A stretch of DNA of 64,000 bases, from the NCBI RefSeq assembly GCF_009914755.1, contig NC_060936.1; one strand, given 5' to 3'. Every line of letters starts with the position of its first letter. Position 1 is the stretch's first letter. Source of the DNA: the human T2T-CHM13v2.0 reference genome, Homo sapiens. The notes below the pieces were generated by a model, which saw only the letters and a program-made list of their open reading frames with translations, was not told where the DNA came from and did not search any database. The position numbers and the translations under genes were made by a program. Positions 17,845 through 34,851 of this stretch are shown piece by piece.

Positions 17845-18605
17845 CTTTACATGAAAAATGCATATATGTATATCTTTAAAAACTAGAATCACTCAGCTCA
17901 GTGGATATACTTGCACTTCAGAACAGAGACAAACTGAGGAAACCACAGGTTCGCATCTCCATTGTCATGCTCACTCCAGGCAATCATTAAAAGGAATGAT
18001 GGGCAGTATTGTCAACATTATTTAAATTGGTAATTTTCTCATTTTTATTAGATTGTTAGTTTGCTTTTGTTTTGCTGAGATAATGGGATTTCAACTGTTA
18101 AGTCTTCATTAAAAGTTATTTAGGAACTTGCCTTTACTCATCCCCCAGAACTTTGGGGATAGAAATCATGTCATATTCCTATTTTCATTTTATACAGCAC
18201 TTGACACTGTACTGAGTTACCCTGTAAGTATTTTCTCAACAAATCAAATTTGCTTTGATTTGTTTATAATTAAGTGGTGTTCAATAGAATATGTCTGATG
18301 AAAGGGTTATTTCCTATTTTATTAAAATCTGGATCTTTTCCCATAAAGACATATTGACAAAGTCTTTTCTATTGCAATTATTTTAAGGCAACAACTATTT
18401 TTAAAATATGTTGCTCTATTTTAAATATAATAATAAAACAATATTGATAAACTCCAGTAGAGGCTATGAAATAGATATATACTTGGTATCTATATTTAAT
18501 AACCAAAATATACATGTTAAAATATTTGTATATTTCAATACAGATGCCACATATTTATATTTTAAAATAATTAATCTACAGTTGTTATTTAAATTAATAA
18601 CAAGG

Positions 18606-18920
<315 letters not shown>

Positions 18921-19133
18921 TGAATAACAAGGAAATAACTGCTGTAATATGTCATCATGATTATATTAAATCACGAAAAAAGCTGATAGCATTCCTGCAT
19001 TAGACTGCATAGGGTTTGCCAATGTTATTTAAATATACCGTATAAATAGAACAAAAAAATAGATCCCAGAAAAATTACAAATACAGTATCCCACGTAACT
19101 TAAGATTGTTACAAGAGTTATTTAAATATTTAC

Positions 19134-19377
19134 CTTGGGGAAATATAAGACATCCAGAGCTGCTTCTGGGAGATAATTTAAATAAGCCACCCTGTGCATT
19201 TTGAGGGACGTACAAAAATAAAGTTTGGACTTGCTGCCACATCCTCTAGATACCTGTTATATTCTTCCTGAAATTTAGTGACAGAATCTACCCTGTAGTA
19301 TCCAACACTGTACAACTGGCAGGTTTGAGAAGTCATCTTGAGTTGGGGTGGTGCTAATGGACATTCCCCAGGAGCAC
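19134..19377 (-). pseudogene. Candidate 244-nt exon
   Basis: cttccctttag|GTG...AAG|gtaaat. APGECPLAPPQLKMTSQTCQLYSVGYYRVDSVTKFQEEYNRYLEDVAASPNFIFVRP, then an apparent frameshift. Confidence 0.55.
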
Positions 19378-19505
19378 CTAAAGGGAAGCTATGAAGGCGA
19401 CTCTAGGTGGTGTCACACACCCTTGCTTCCCTGGGCAACATCCGCGGGGCTTTGAGAATGTTCCTGGGAACGTTGATCTCCGAGTGAAGGTTGGAGCTTC
19501 CTAGT

Positions 19506-19521
19506 GACCACTAGGGGGATC
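19506..19521 (+). promoter_or_regulatory. Candidate CTCF site in a small CpG-enriched patch (~19400-19630)
   Basis: GACCACTAGGGGGATC, with locally elevated CpG. Confidence 0.4.
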
Positions 19522-19647
19522 GGGAGCACCGTTGCGGCAGGCTGCCCTCTGGAGGCCGTGAAAGGAAAGGGCTCCAGGGATGTTCTGAGGTTTACAGGCT
19601 GCACACACCAAACAGCAGTGGATGCTGACGCTAAAAGACTATTAATG

Positions 19648-19960
19648 GGCCAGGAGTGGCGGCTCACGCCTGTAATCCCAGCACTTTGGAAGGCCGAGGC
19701 GGATGGATCACGAGGTCAACAGATCGAGACCATCCCGGCCCACATGGTGAAACCCCGTCTCTACTAAAAATACAAAAATTAGCTGAGCATGGTGGCATGT
19801 GCCTTTAGTCCCAGCTACTTGGGAGGCTGAGGCAGGACAATCACTTGAACTCGGGAGGCAGAGGTTGCAGTGAGCCGAGCCGAGATCCTGTCACTGCACT
19901 CCAGCCTGGCGACAGAACGAGACTCCGTTGTCAAAAAACAAACAACAACAACAAAAAAAA
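19648..19960 (+). mobile_element. AluSc-like
   Basis: ggatcacgaggtcaa-type left arm, (CAA)n tail, TSD ...actattaatg. Confidence 0.93.
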
Positions 19961-21367
19961 CTATTAATGTAGGGAACAGACCTCAGATATTTGGAGCCAG
20001 ATGAAGATGCCATCGGGGTTACTGATGCCTGGTATGCTGATAACCTTTCTACCTAGATTTCTAGTTTTTCACGCATGTCCAAAGAACTAGGTCTCCCTGA
20101 AGAAGGAAAGCTACATATCAGAATGAGGAAACAGAATATATACAGGCTTTGGGATCAGACCAACTTGTATTCAAATCCAATTTGCCATTTATTAGCATGA
20201 GAGGATGATTAAGGCCATATATTTAATCCCTGTAAGCTTATGTTTCCTCATCTGGAAAATGCAAAGTACTTGGTATCAGAAGGTACTTTAAAATTAGAAT
20301 GGATTCAAAAGAGGAAGTTGTACTTTTAGTTTTTAACCTAATACAATTGGAATATCTGGGACTCTGGGTGGTATCATTCATTACTGTCCCCAGCTACCTT
20401 TAGTAAAATCTAACATCTCTGTCAATAGCTACACAGACTCCACAGATCAATAACAGCCTTATGTAGTGAAACATGATGCCCTAGAAGATTCTGCTGCTTC
20501 CAAACCTGCTATATTTTGTATTGGACATAAATATTAATTGTTCTCATGAACATCAGCCTATAGGGAGGCCTATAGCCTCCCGATCTAACCCCCTACCAGG
20601 TGTAGCCAGTATATCTAAATGGAGCTCTCACCTGCCTGTCTGGTACCTTTGGTTCCTCAAGGTGTTGAGAGCCTCATCCAGAATTACAGTTGCCAGAATC
20701 AGCAGACTGAGGAGCAGATAGAGTTGGAGGGGCCAGCCTACTTAACTAACCCCTGTATCCCTTTCCCTTGGTATTGGTCTTTGTTGGTAGTATTGGTCCT
20801 GCTCCTCAGGCTCCATCTGTTAAACATCTCAACAGCATATACATACAGCTCCCTATTTAATTATTCTAATCCCACCTGATGCTGCCCCCAAGAAGTTTCT
20901 TCTGTCCCACGTCATTGCATTAGTCCCTTGAACTGACTTCATCCTGTATTTAAACTATTACACCCTCAGCTTGGGTTTTAAACTTTAGGTCTCATTACAG
21001 TACATTTTCCCCAGGCCTCACTCACAAATATTACAACTTAGCCTCAGATTGTTCCTCAAAATCTCTCAAAAGAGCTGATAGTTATGACTGCACCTTTAAT
21101 CAGAATATATAAGGGCTAGAGTTATTGTCTGGAGTCACTGAACTAGCACTCAGATTCCTAACAGAGGATGTGGCTATAGAAATAGGGTCAGTTAATTCCA
21201 TTAGTTAGTTTCTGTTAATTAACACTGTCATCAAAGAAAAAAACCCATAAATACTCAGAAATGACTCTAAAAAGAGTTCTTCATCCTCTAATTTAAAAAG
21301 TAGTTAATGCACAATTTTTAACTAATGTGGTGGCTTTTGTCTAGTCTCTCCGTAGGAGAACACATAC

Positions 21368-21550
21368 TTAGAGTTGTGCACTTGGGGTTTTTTTCCTGTA
21401 ATAACGATGGATTTCAGCTGATCCATCTGTTTTCTCCTCTGGAATGCCTCATAACCAAGAGTATGTATCTCCAGATAGCAAGAAAGGGGGAATTATTTAG
21501 TGGCCCAAGAATTGCAAGGAATACTAAACGGTTCATAACAGAATTCAGAC
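21368..21550 (-). pseudogene. Candidate 183-nt exon with one in-frame stop
   Basis: tttctaataag|G...AA|gtatgt. SEFCYEPFSIPCNSWATK*FPLSCYLEIHTLGYEAFQRRKQMDQLKSIVITGKKPQVHNS. Confidence 0.5.
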
Positions 21551-21674
21551 CTTATTAGAAATGTGTCGGAGGAGGAGCCAAGATGGCCGAATAGGAACAG
21601 CTCCGGTCTACAGCTCCCAGCGTGAGCGACGCAGAAGACGGGTGATTTCTGCATTTCCATCTGAGGTACCGGGT

Positions 21675-22019
21675 TCATCTCACTAGGGAGTGCCAGACAG
21701 TGGGCACAGGCCAGTGGGTGCACGCACCGTGCGCGAGCCCAAGCAGGGCGAGGCATTGCCTCACCTGGGAAGCGCAAGGGGTCAGGGAGTTCCCTTTCCG
21801 AGTCAAAGAAAGGGGTGACAGACAGCATCTGGAAAATCGGGTCACTCCCACCCGAATATTGCGCTTTTCAGACCGGCTTAAAAAACTGCGCACCACGAGA
21901 CTATATCCCACACCTGGCTCGGAGGGTCCTACGCCCACGGAGTCTCGCTGATTGCTAGCACAGCAGTCTGAGATCAAACTGCAAGGCGGCAGCGAGGCTG
22001 GGGGAGGGGCGCCCGCCAT
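21675..22019 (-). CDS. L1 antisense ORF0, open, 114 aa (C-terminally extended)
   Basis: MAGAPPPASLPPCSLISDCCASNQRDSVGVGPSEPG... lies within track ORF 21675..22469. ATG at 22019-22017. Confidence 0.75.
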   Translation of the reverse strand: MAGAPPPASLPPCSLISDCCASNQRDSVGVGPSEPGVGYSLVVRSFLSRSEKRNIRVGVTRFSRCCLSPLSLTRKGNSLTPCASQVRQCLALLGLAHGACTHWPVPTVWHSLVR

Positions 22020-22471
22020 TGCCCAGGCTTGCTTAGGTAAACGAAGCAGCCAGGAAGCTCGAACTGGGTGGAGCCCACCATAGCTCAAGGAGGCCTGCCT
22101 GCCTCTGTAGGCTCCACCTCTGGGGGCAGGGCACAGACAAACAAAAAGACAGCAGTAACCTCTGCAGACTGAAATGTCCCTGTCTGACAGCTTTGAAGAG
22201 AGCAGTGGTTCTCCCAGCACGCAGCTGGAGATCTGAGAACAGGCAGACTGCCTCAAGTGGGTCCCTGACCCCTGACCCCCGAGCAGCCTAACTGGGAGGC
22301 ACCCCCCAGCAGGGGCACACTGACACCTCACATGGCAGGGTATTCCAACAGACCTGCAGCTGAGGGTCCTGTCTGTTAGAAGGAAAACTAACAAACAGAA
22401 AGGACATCCACACCGAAAACCCATCTGTACATCACCATCATCAAAGACCAAAAGTAGATAAAACCACAAAG

Positions 22472-23488
22472 ATGGGGAAAAAACAGAACAGAAAAACTGG
22501 AAACTCTAAAACACAGAGCGCCTCTCCTCCTCCAAAGGAACGCAGTTCCTCACCAGCAACGGAACAAAGCTGGATGGAGAATGACTTTGACGAGCTGAGA
22601 GAAGAAGGCTTCAGACGATCAAATTACTCTGAGCTATGGGAGGACATTCAAACCAAATGCAAAGAAGTTGAAAACTTTGAAAAAAATTTAGAAGAATGTA
22701 TAACTAGAATAACCAATACAGAGAAGTGCTTAAAGGAGCTGATGGAGCTGAAAACCAAGGCTCGAGAACTACGTGAAGAATGCGGAAGCCTCAGGAGCTG
22801 ATGCGATCAACTGGAAGAAAGGGTATCAGCAATGGAAGATGAAATGAATGAAATGAAGCGAGAAGGGAAGTTTAGAGAAAAAAGAATAAAAAGAAATGAG
22901 CAAAGCCTCCAAGAAATATGGGACTATGTGAAAAGACCAAATCTACGTCTGATTGGTGTACCTGAAAGTGACAGGGAGAATGGAACCAAGTTGGAAAACA
23001 CTCTGCAGGATATTATCCAGGAGAACTTCCCCAATCTAGCAAGGCAGGCCAACGTTCAGATTCAGGAAATACAGAGAACGCCACAAAGATACTCCTCGAG
23101 AAGAGCAACTCCAAGACACATAATTGTCAGATTCACCAAAGTTGAAATGAAGGAAAAAATGTTAAGGGCAGCCAGAGAGAAAGGTCGGGTTACCCACAAA
23201 GGGAAGCCCATCAGACTAACAGCGGATCTCTCGGCAGAAACCCTACAAGCCAGAAGAGAGTGGGGGCCAATATTCAACATTCTTAAAGAAAAGAATTTTC
23301 AACCCAGAATTTCATATCCAGCCAAACTAAGCTTCATAAGTGAAGGAGAAATAAAAACCTTTACAGACAAGCAAATGCTGAGAGATTTTGTCACCACCAG
23401 GCCTGCCCTAAAAGAGCTCCTGAAGGAAGCGCTAAACATGGAAAGGAACAACCGGTACCAGCCGCTGCAAAATCATGCCAAAATGTAA
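22472..23488 (+). pseudogene. L1 ORF1p, full 338-codon frame with one premature TGA (22799-22801)
   Basis: Track ORFs 22472..22801 and 22832..23488 share a frame, 1017 bp in total. Confidence 0.96.
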
Positions 23489-23524
23489 AGACCATCGAGA
23501 CTAGGAAGAAACTGCATCAACTAA

Positions 23525-27379
<3,855 letters not shown>

Positions 27380-29029
27380 ACAATGAGATCACATGGACAC
27401 AGGAAGGGGAATATCACACTCTGGGGACTGTGGTGGGTTGGGGGGAGCGGGGAGGGATAGCATTGGGAGGTATACCTAATGCTAGATGACGAGTTAGTGG
27501 GTGCAGCGCACCAGCATGGCACATGTATACATATGTAACTAACCTGCACAATGTGCACATGTACCCTAAAACTTTAAGTATAATAAAAAAAAAAAAAGAA
27601 ATGTGTCATAATAGATGGATACTGATATTCATCTTAAAGTATTATAGAGTACCTCTCATTTCCTTTCCAGTCTCAGCATTCTCCCTTTTCTATTATTACT
27701 GATTTATAAATTAATGAATTGCTTAAGAAGTAAAAATAATTTATTTGTCTGGTTGTCTGTCAATTTTGCTATGATAAAAAATGTCCAAAAACTGTACTTG
27801 TACATCTGTCCCACAAAAATAAACACTGTATCTATCCATATCTGGAATAATAGAAGATTTGCCACACCAGTCAATGATGAAAATCTTCCTTTGAATTAAA
27901 CATCAAAGTATTAGATGCTAGAAAAGGCAACAACAGATTTTTTTCATATCCACATTATAAAACTGCAACTCTGAAAAATATTTTTCTAAGAGTTCAATGC
28001 TTTCTAAAGTCGCTGTCATCAAGTTTTGACATAAAGTATTTCAGGCACCCAATTTAGAAAACAGGCAGCTATTAAATTTCTAAAATGTCTATTGCCATAG
28101 ACGTTTTAATAACAGAATAACGTTAGTTTCTTTTTGCCTCCTTTTCAAAAAATTATGCAATTCAATGTGTGTTTATTCATTTTTACAAATATATTTCCCC
28201 ACTCTGTCAAAAAGAAGAGCATAATTCAATTGAAGTGCATCAGAACTGTGCTTCTTTGTACCGTATTATATGACAAGCTGTAAATAAAATGAACTTTTTA
28301 TGAATACATTATGTATGGGATATGTTCCCAGGGTTGCATATTAAGAGTATTTTAATGACATACATTTTTCTAGGTAACCAAAAGCATGTTGCTATTTCAA
28401 TAACCCCTATGCTGAATATAAAGCAATTTTAAAGTGTCCTAGCACAGACTTAGTAGTCCCAGCACCTGAAATATTGACATGGTAAGGTTGGTTTAGAAAA
28501 TTATTCCTTTGGGAAATTATGTCAGCCACCATGGACTTTAAAAAATATATACTTTAAGTATTTAATACCCTAGGAATATAATTTCTATTTTAATGTTAAA
28601 TTTCTTTAAATGATGAGAATTACTGCATACCCTTTAGATATAAATAAGCATATATAGTTATTATTTTATTAAGTTATATAAATGATTTGGAAACATTAAT
28701 AGAAACAAAAATTTTATAATTTAGCAAGGAAAATATCTAATCAAAAGTCACACGTAATGTGGAAATGCTCTAAATATAATATTATGTTGAAAATCTGGGT
28801 ACAGGCTTCATATAAAGCATAATTCGGTTCCCATAAAAAGAAAAAATATATTCTTAGAAAAGCCTGGAAGCAATCCAATAAAGTGCTAACAGTAGCTCTT
28901 TGGGGATACATGTTCTTTGTATCTTCCTGTATTTTTTTCATTCTCTACAATAAATGTTAATTTTATCTTTATTAAACTAAGATAAACTAATTTTATCTTT
29001 ATTAAACTCTATTAAACTCCTTCATTAAA

Positions 29030-29790
29030 CTAAGGCCTATATACCACCTACTATATACCAGGCGCTGCTCTAGGCACTGGCGTACAGCAGGAAAAAACAC
29101 TAAGTGCCTGCCCTCAGGGAGCTATGTTCTTCAAGTGTGTATGGGGAGAGGGGGACGACGGACAACAACAAGATAAACATGTAAATAAACAGAAAGTTAG
29201 ATAATGACAAGTGCTATGAAGCAGGGAAAGCAATGCAATGAGATAGAGAAATATAGAGACTAGAGAAGTGTAATTTTATATAGGGTGGTCGGGAAGATAT
29301 TACTGAGAAGGCAACGTCTAGAGAGGGAGAGCCATGCAGGAAGTAAAAATACAAATCTCACAGGTATCTGGGGGAAGATGGATCTAGGCAGAAGAAACAG
29401 CAAGTGAGAAGCTGGCATGCCGAAGTGGGCTTGGCGTGTTTGAGGGAGGAGGGGAGCTGGAGCTCAATGAGTGAGGAGAAAAGGGTTAGATGAGGAGTTC
29501 TGATAGGCAGCCCACAGTCAAGGCTTGAGACACTGACAAAGTCTCACCTTAGGGAGACCATTGCAAGCCTTTAAGAAGGAGAACACCATGACTTAACTGA
29601 GTTGTAAAGGGGTGCCCTGGATGGCTTCTGTGACCAGAATAGACTGTGGGGGACAGAGGCGGAAGGTTGGCAGACAAGTCAGTAGTCATTGCAGGGACTC
29701 AGAGAGAGCGAAAAGTGGTTTGGATTAGAATGGCACTGATGGCAGGGAGAGAATTGGTCAGATACCAAAATGTACTTTACAACAAGGTGA
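29030..29790 (-). mobile_element. L2 3' portion
   Basis: cacctactatataccaggcgctgctctaggcactgg...tgccctcagggagct matches the L2 3' end. Confidence 0.75.
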
Positions 29791-32700
29791 ATGAGTGAGG
29801 GGTTTGAAAATTGTTAATATTAAGCTACGTATTTTCATAATTTCTTCCTTCCTTCATATTTCCTTCTAATGTCTAAGGTCTAATGTCTAATAACTAAAAA
29901 TCTCAGTTTTTCTATCTTGTGGTCTTAGTTTTAATAAAATGTATTTGATGTTTAACACAGAAATAATTAATAAAATTTTACTTGAATCATGTATAGTCAA
30001 ACCTCAGCCAGGTACAGCTTGTTTTCCACACTATATATTATTTCTAGTTTTTTGAAGAATTTGTGGCATGCACCAGTGAACACTCAATAGACTATTTTTT
30101 TTCTAAAATACAATAGAATAATCCTTCAAACATTCTAGGCTTCTAATGTACTTCATCTTAATTAAAGTACCACCTCTGTTTTTAGACAGCTAATTTGAGG
30201 GAATAGCCATGCTGACCTAGAACAGGTTCTATTAATAGAATGACTTAAATCATTAGTTCTTCAAAAACTGATTCCGAAGGATATTGAAGAAAATGTCATC
30301 TTGGTAAAAAGACTATGTTTTTAATGTCAGTAGCAAAACATGGAAGAAAAGTTTCCAAAAGCTAAGAGCTCAGGATTTAAAGCAGACAGCCTTGAGTCTT
30401 TGTGTTTTAGTCACTGGTCAGCTGCTACCAGCTATGTGATCTTAAGTCCATTGCTTAAGCTCTCTCAGTCTTAGTTTTCTCAATTGTAAAATTTGGCAAC
30501 AGTACGTTTCTCAAAATCATTATGAATCTTAAGTCAAACAACTCACTTGGTACAGATGGAGCACATAGTAAGAATTCAATAATAGTCGGCTATTATTAAA
30601 ATTAGCAATATTACCTTTCAGATGTGAAGGGTGGATGGTGATGCCATCATTTTCCTAAAGTTTCCTGCATAGTCAGTGCTTCCCTTCAGCTCAAGACTTT
30701 ATACTCTAGCCAAATTTCCTCCTTACCATCTCCAAAATGTGACAGCCCCTGATTATCATGCCCAGGTGATTTCTTCCAAAGCAGAAAATTTATGTAGGAG
30801 GCATCCTTTGAAAGTAGATTTTATGGCCTGGCCAATTTGGAAGAAGCAAACTATCATGCAGAGATTCACACAGTGAACTTTTATCCAAGAAGGAAAATGA
30901 GAATTCAACAGAAAAGTTAAAGGAAACTTCAGATACTGAGAAAGAGAAGATAGGCAGGCAGCCCACATGGCAGAGTCCAGCTGAAAATTGTGAGTGAACC
31001 CCCAATACGGGAGACAGGGAGTGAGTATCCTTCTGCAATCCCCTTCTCACTGGGGAACCATAAAATCCATATCATGGGAGAGCAACTTGACCTTCCCAAG
31101 CCCTGGATCCTACTTGGGGAAGAGCCAAGAGGCTGTGAGAAGGAATGGCACTACATTTCCCAGATGTAGTCACTGATAGGAGGATGCCATTCTCAATTCT
31201 AGCTCCAGCAAGCTGTGTGGGATCCTTCAACCTAGCAGTAGCATCAGCCATTAGCATTAGAAAGTCTCAGGCCGAGGGTTGGAAATTTGAGTCTCAAGCA
31301 GGGGAGGGGCCCCCACAACCAGTACTAATAAACAAGTGTAGCGTGAGCTCCAGCCATGGGTGCCAGAATTGGGCTTCTCCCCTTCACAGGACCGAGCACA
31401 AGAAGATTTGCCTGAGAGGTATGGTTTTGGCCTATATAGCAAGTTCTATGGCCAGAAGCAGCTTTGTGGACTAAAAGCAGTCTATGTGTGACTTTACTAA
31501 GTGTCTAAACCTGCTCCCTAGGTTGGGACAGGACAGTGAGCTGTGCTAGGTCTGGAGCATGAGTCGGGGGCAAGTATCACTCCTGCTTACCTTACCTTGG
31601 CATGGGGGCCACCCCTCACTTCCTGTGCCGGGACATCATTGCAGCAGTGGTTGCTCTGCTCCTTGACCGGGCATTTCTCCAGGGGACTGAGGAATGCCCC
31701 TGGACTCTCATCCAGACCAGTGCTTGCACCTGCCATTAGGGGGCCCAAGTGCAGACTTGCTCAGTCCAGCTTCACCCAGCTTCACACCCCTCTCCAAGGC
31801 TTGAGTGTTCCACAGCCCAGCCTATTGCCTGAGACATCCAAGTACTTCTCTTGATTAACAAAGATCAATCATAAACCCTAGTACTACTGCAGTAGGACAA
31901 GAAATCAGAAGAATACAAAGAAATCAGAAAATCAATTTGGGACATAAATGAGATAATTATCAAAGAGATGGATATAGATATATTTTTTAAAAAAATTAAA
32001 AAAAATAGAACTTCTGGAAATAAAAAAAATTATTGAAAGAATTGCAAACTACATTTGAAAGCTTTGCCAATAGATTACTTGAAGCAGAATAAAGAATTTC
32101 AGAATGTGAAGACAAGATTTTGAATTAATCCAGACAAAAATAAAGAAAAAAGAATAAACAAATCCTTTGAGAAGTATGAGACTACATAAGGCAACTGAAC
32201 TTACAAGTCATTGGTATTAACCTACAGAAAAGGAAAAACAAAAAAGTTTAAAAAACCTATTTTAAAAAATATTGATGAAAATTTCCCTAGTCTAGCAAGA
32301 TACTTAGACATTCAGATACAGGAGACCCACTGATCACCAGGAAAATACATTGCAAAACAGATTTAAGCACACCATATAGTCATCAGAGTGTCCAAAATCA
32401 ATGTGAAGAAAATAATTCTAAAATCAGCAAGAGAAAAGTGTCCAGTCACCATGAAGGAAACCCCATCACTAACAGTGGACTTCTCAGAAGAAACCTTACA
32501 ATCCATAAGCGAATGGAATGCTATTTTCAAAGTGCTAAGTGAAGAAGAAAAAAAAAAACTTCTAACAATAAATTTTATTTCCAGCTAGAATAAGCTTCAT
32601 AAATGAAGGAGAAATAAAGTCACTCCCAGACAAACAAATGCTAAGACAATTCAGCACTGCTAGACTGGCCCTGCAAGAAATGCTAAACGTGGAAACAAAA

Positions 32701-33060
32701 GGTATTTACTATCATGAAAACACACACAAGTATAAAACTCACAGGACTTGTAAAACAATTACACAAAGGAGGAAGAGAAAGGAATCAAAGGGCAACACAG
32801 CAGAACTTCATGAAACTACAAAGACAAACACAGGGGAAAAAACAGATATTATGATAAAGGGATCAATTCAAAAACGGGTTATAACAATCCTAAAAAAATA
32901 TGCATTCAAGACCAGAGCACCCAAATCCATGAAACAAACATTACTAGACCTAAAGAAAGAGATGGACAGCAATACAATAACAGTAGGGAATTCTAACATC
33001 CCATTTACAGCACTAGACAGATCACTGAGACATGAAATTAACAAAGAAATACTGGGCTCA

Positions 33061-33519
<459 letters not shown>

Positions 33520-33785
33520 TCAAGGTAGACCACATGTTAAGCCACAAAACAAGTCTTAATGAATTTTTTAAAATTTAAATCATATAAAGTATCTTTTCAG
33601 GACACAAAGGAATAAAATTAGAAATCAATACCAAGTGAAATGCTGGAAAATATGCAAATACATGGAAATTGAACAACATATGCTCCTGAACGACCTTTGG
33701 GTAAATAATAATATTAAGACCAAAATCAAAAATTTTTTTGAAATAAATGAAAATGGAAACACAACATATCAAAACCTCTGGGATA

Positions 33786-34851
33786 CTGGCAAAAATTTCA
33801 TGATGAATATGCCAAAAGTAATTGCAACAAAAACAAAAATTGACAAATAGGTCCTAATTAAACTAAAGAGCTTATGCACAGCAAAAGAAACTATCAACAG
33901 AGTAAACAGACAACCTACAGAATGGGAGAAAATATTTGCAAACTATGCATCTTACAAAGGTCAAATATCCAGAATCTATAAGGAACTTAAATTAACAAGC
34001 AATAAAGAAACAACTCCATTAAAAATTGGGTAAACAACATGAACAGATATTTTTCAAAAATGCAGTCAGCAAGCATATTAAAAATTCTCAACATCACTAA
34101 TCATTGGAGAAATGCAAATAAAAACCACAACGAGATACCATCTCACACCAGTTAGAATGGCTATTATTAAAAAGTCAAAAAATAACAAATGCTGGTGAGG
34201 TTGTGGAGAAAAGGGAACGTGTATACACTGGTGTTGAGAATGTAAATTAGTTCAGCCATTGTGGAAAGAAATGTGGCTATTTCTCAAAGAACCTTAAACA
34301 GAAGTACCATTTGACCCAGCAATCCCATTAATAGGTATATACCCAAAGGAATGTAAATCATTCTACCATGAAGACACATGCACGTGTATGTTCATTGCAG
34401 CACTTTTCACAATAACAAAGATATGGAATCAACCTAAATGCCCATCAGTAGTACTGGATAAAGAATATGTAGTACATTTACAACATAGAATATTGTGCAA
34501 CCATATAAAGGATAAGATTATGTCCTTTGCAACAATGTGAATGGAGCTGGAGGCCACAATCACAAACAAACTAATGCAAGAACAGAAAAACAAATAGTGC
34601 ATGTTCTTACTTATAAGTGGGAGCCAAACATTGAGTATAAATGTACACAAAGAAGGATACAACAGATACCAGGGCCTACTTGAGGGTAGAAGGTGGAAGA
34701 ACGGGGGAGGACTGATAAACTACCTACTGGGTGCTATGCTTATTACCTGGGTGACAAAATTATCTGTACACCAAACTCCTGTGACATGCAATTTACCAGT
34801 ATAACAAACCTGCAGGTATGTGCCCCTGACCCTAAAATAAAAGTTAAAAGA
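33786..34851 (+). mobile_element. 5'-truncated L1PA15/16-like element nested in the older L1
   Basis: Perfect 15-bp TSD aaaacctctgggata at 33771-33785 and 34852-34866. Host ORF2 resumes after it. Confidence 0.9.

Noticed and set aside
21325-21558. 77-aa plus-strand ORF beside the L1
   Set aside because: Better explained as the antisense shadow of the minus-strand candidate exon 21550-21368.
27828-27889. Possible extra minus-strand exon (KIFIIDWCGKSSIIP)
   Set aside because: Weak acceptor and no convincing GT donor.
30676-31854. Cluster of short ORFs on both strands
   Set aside because: They lie mostly in the GC-richer 5'UTR of the old L1.
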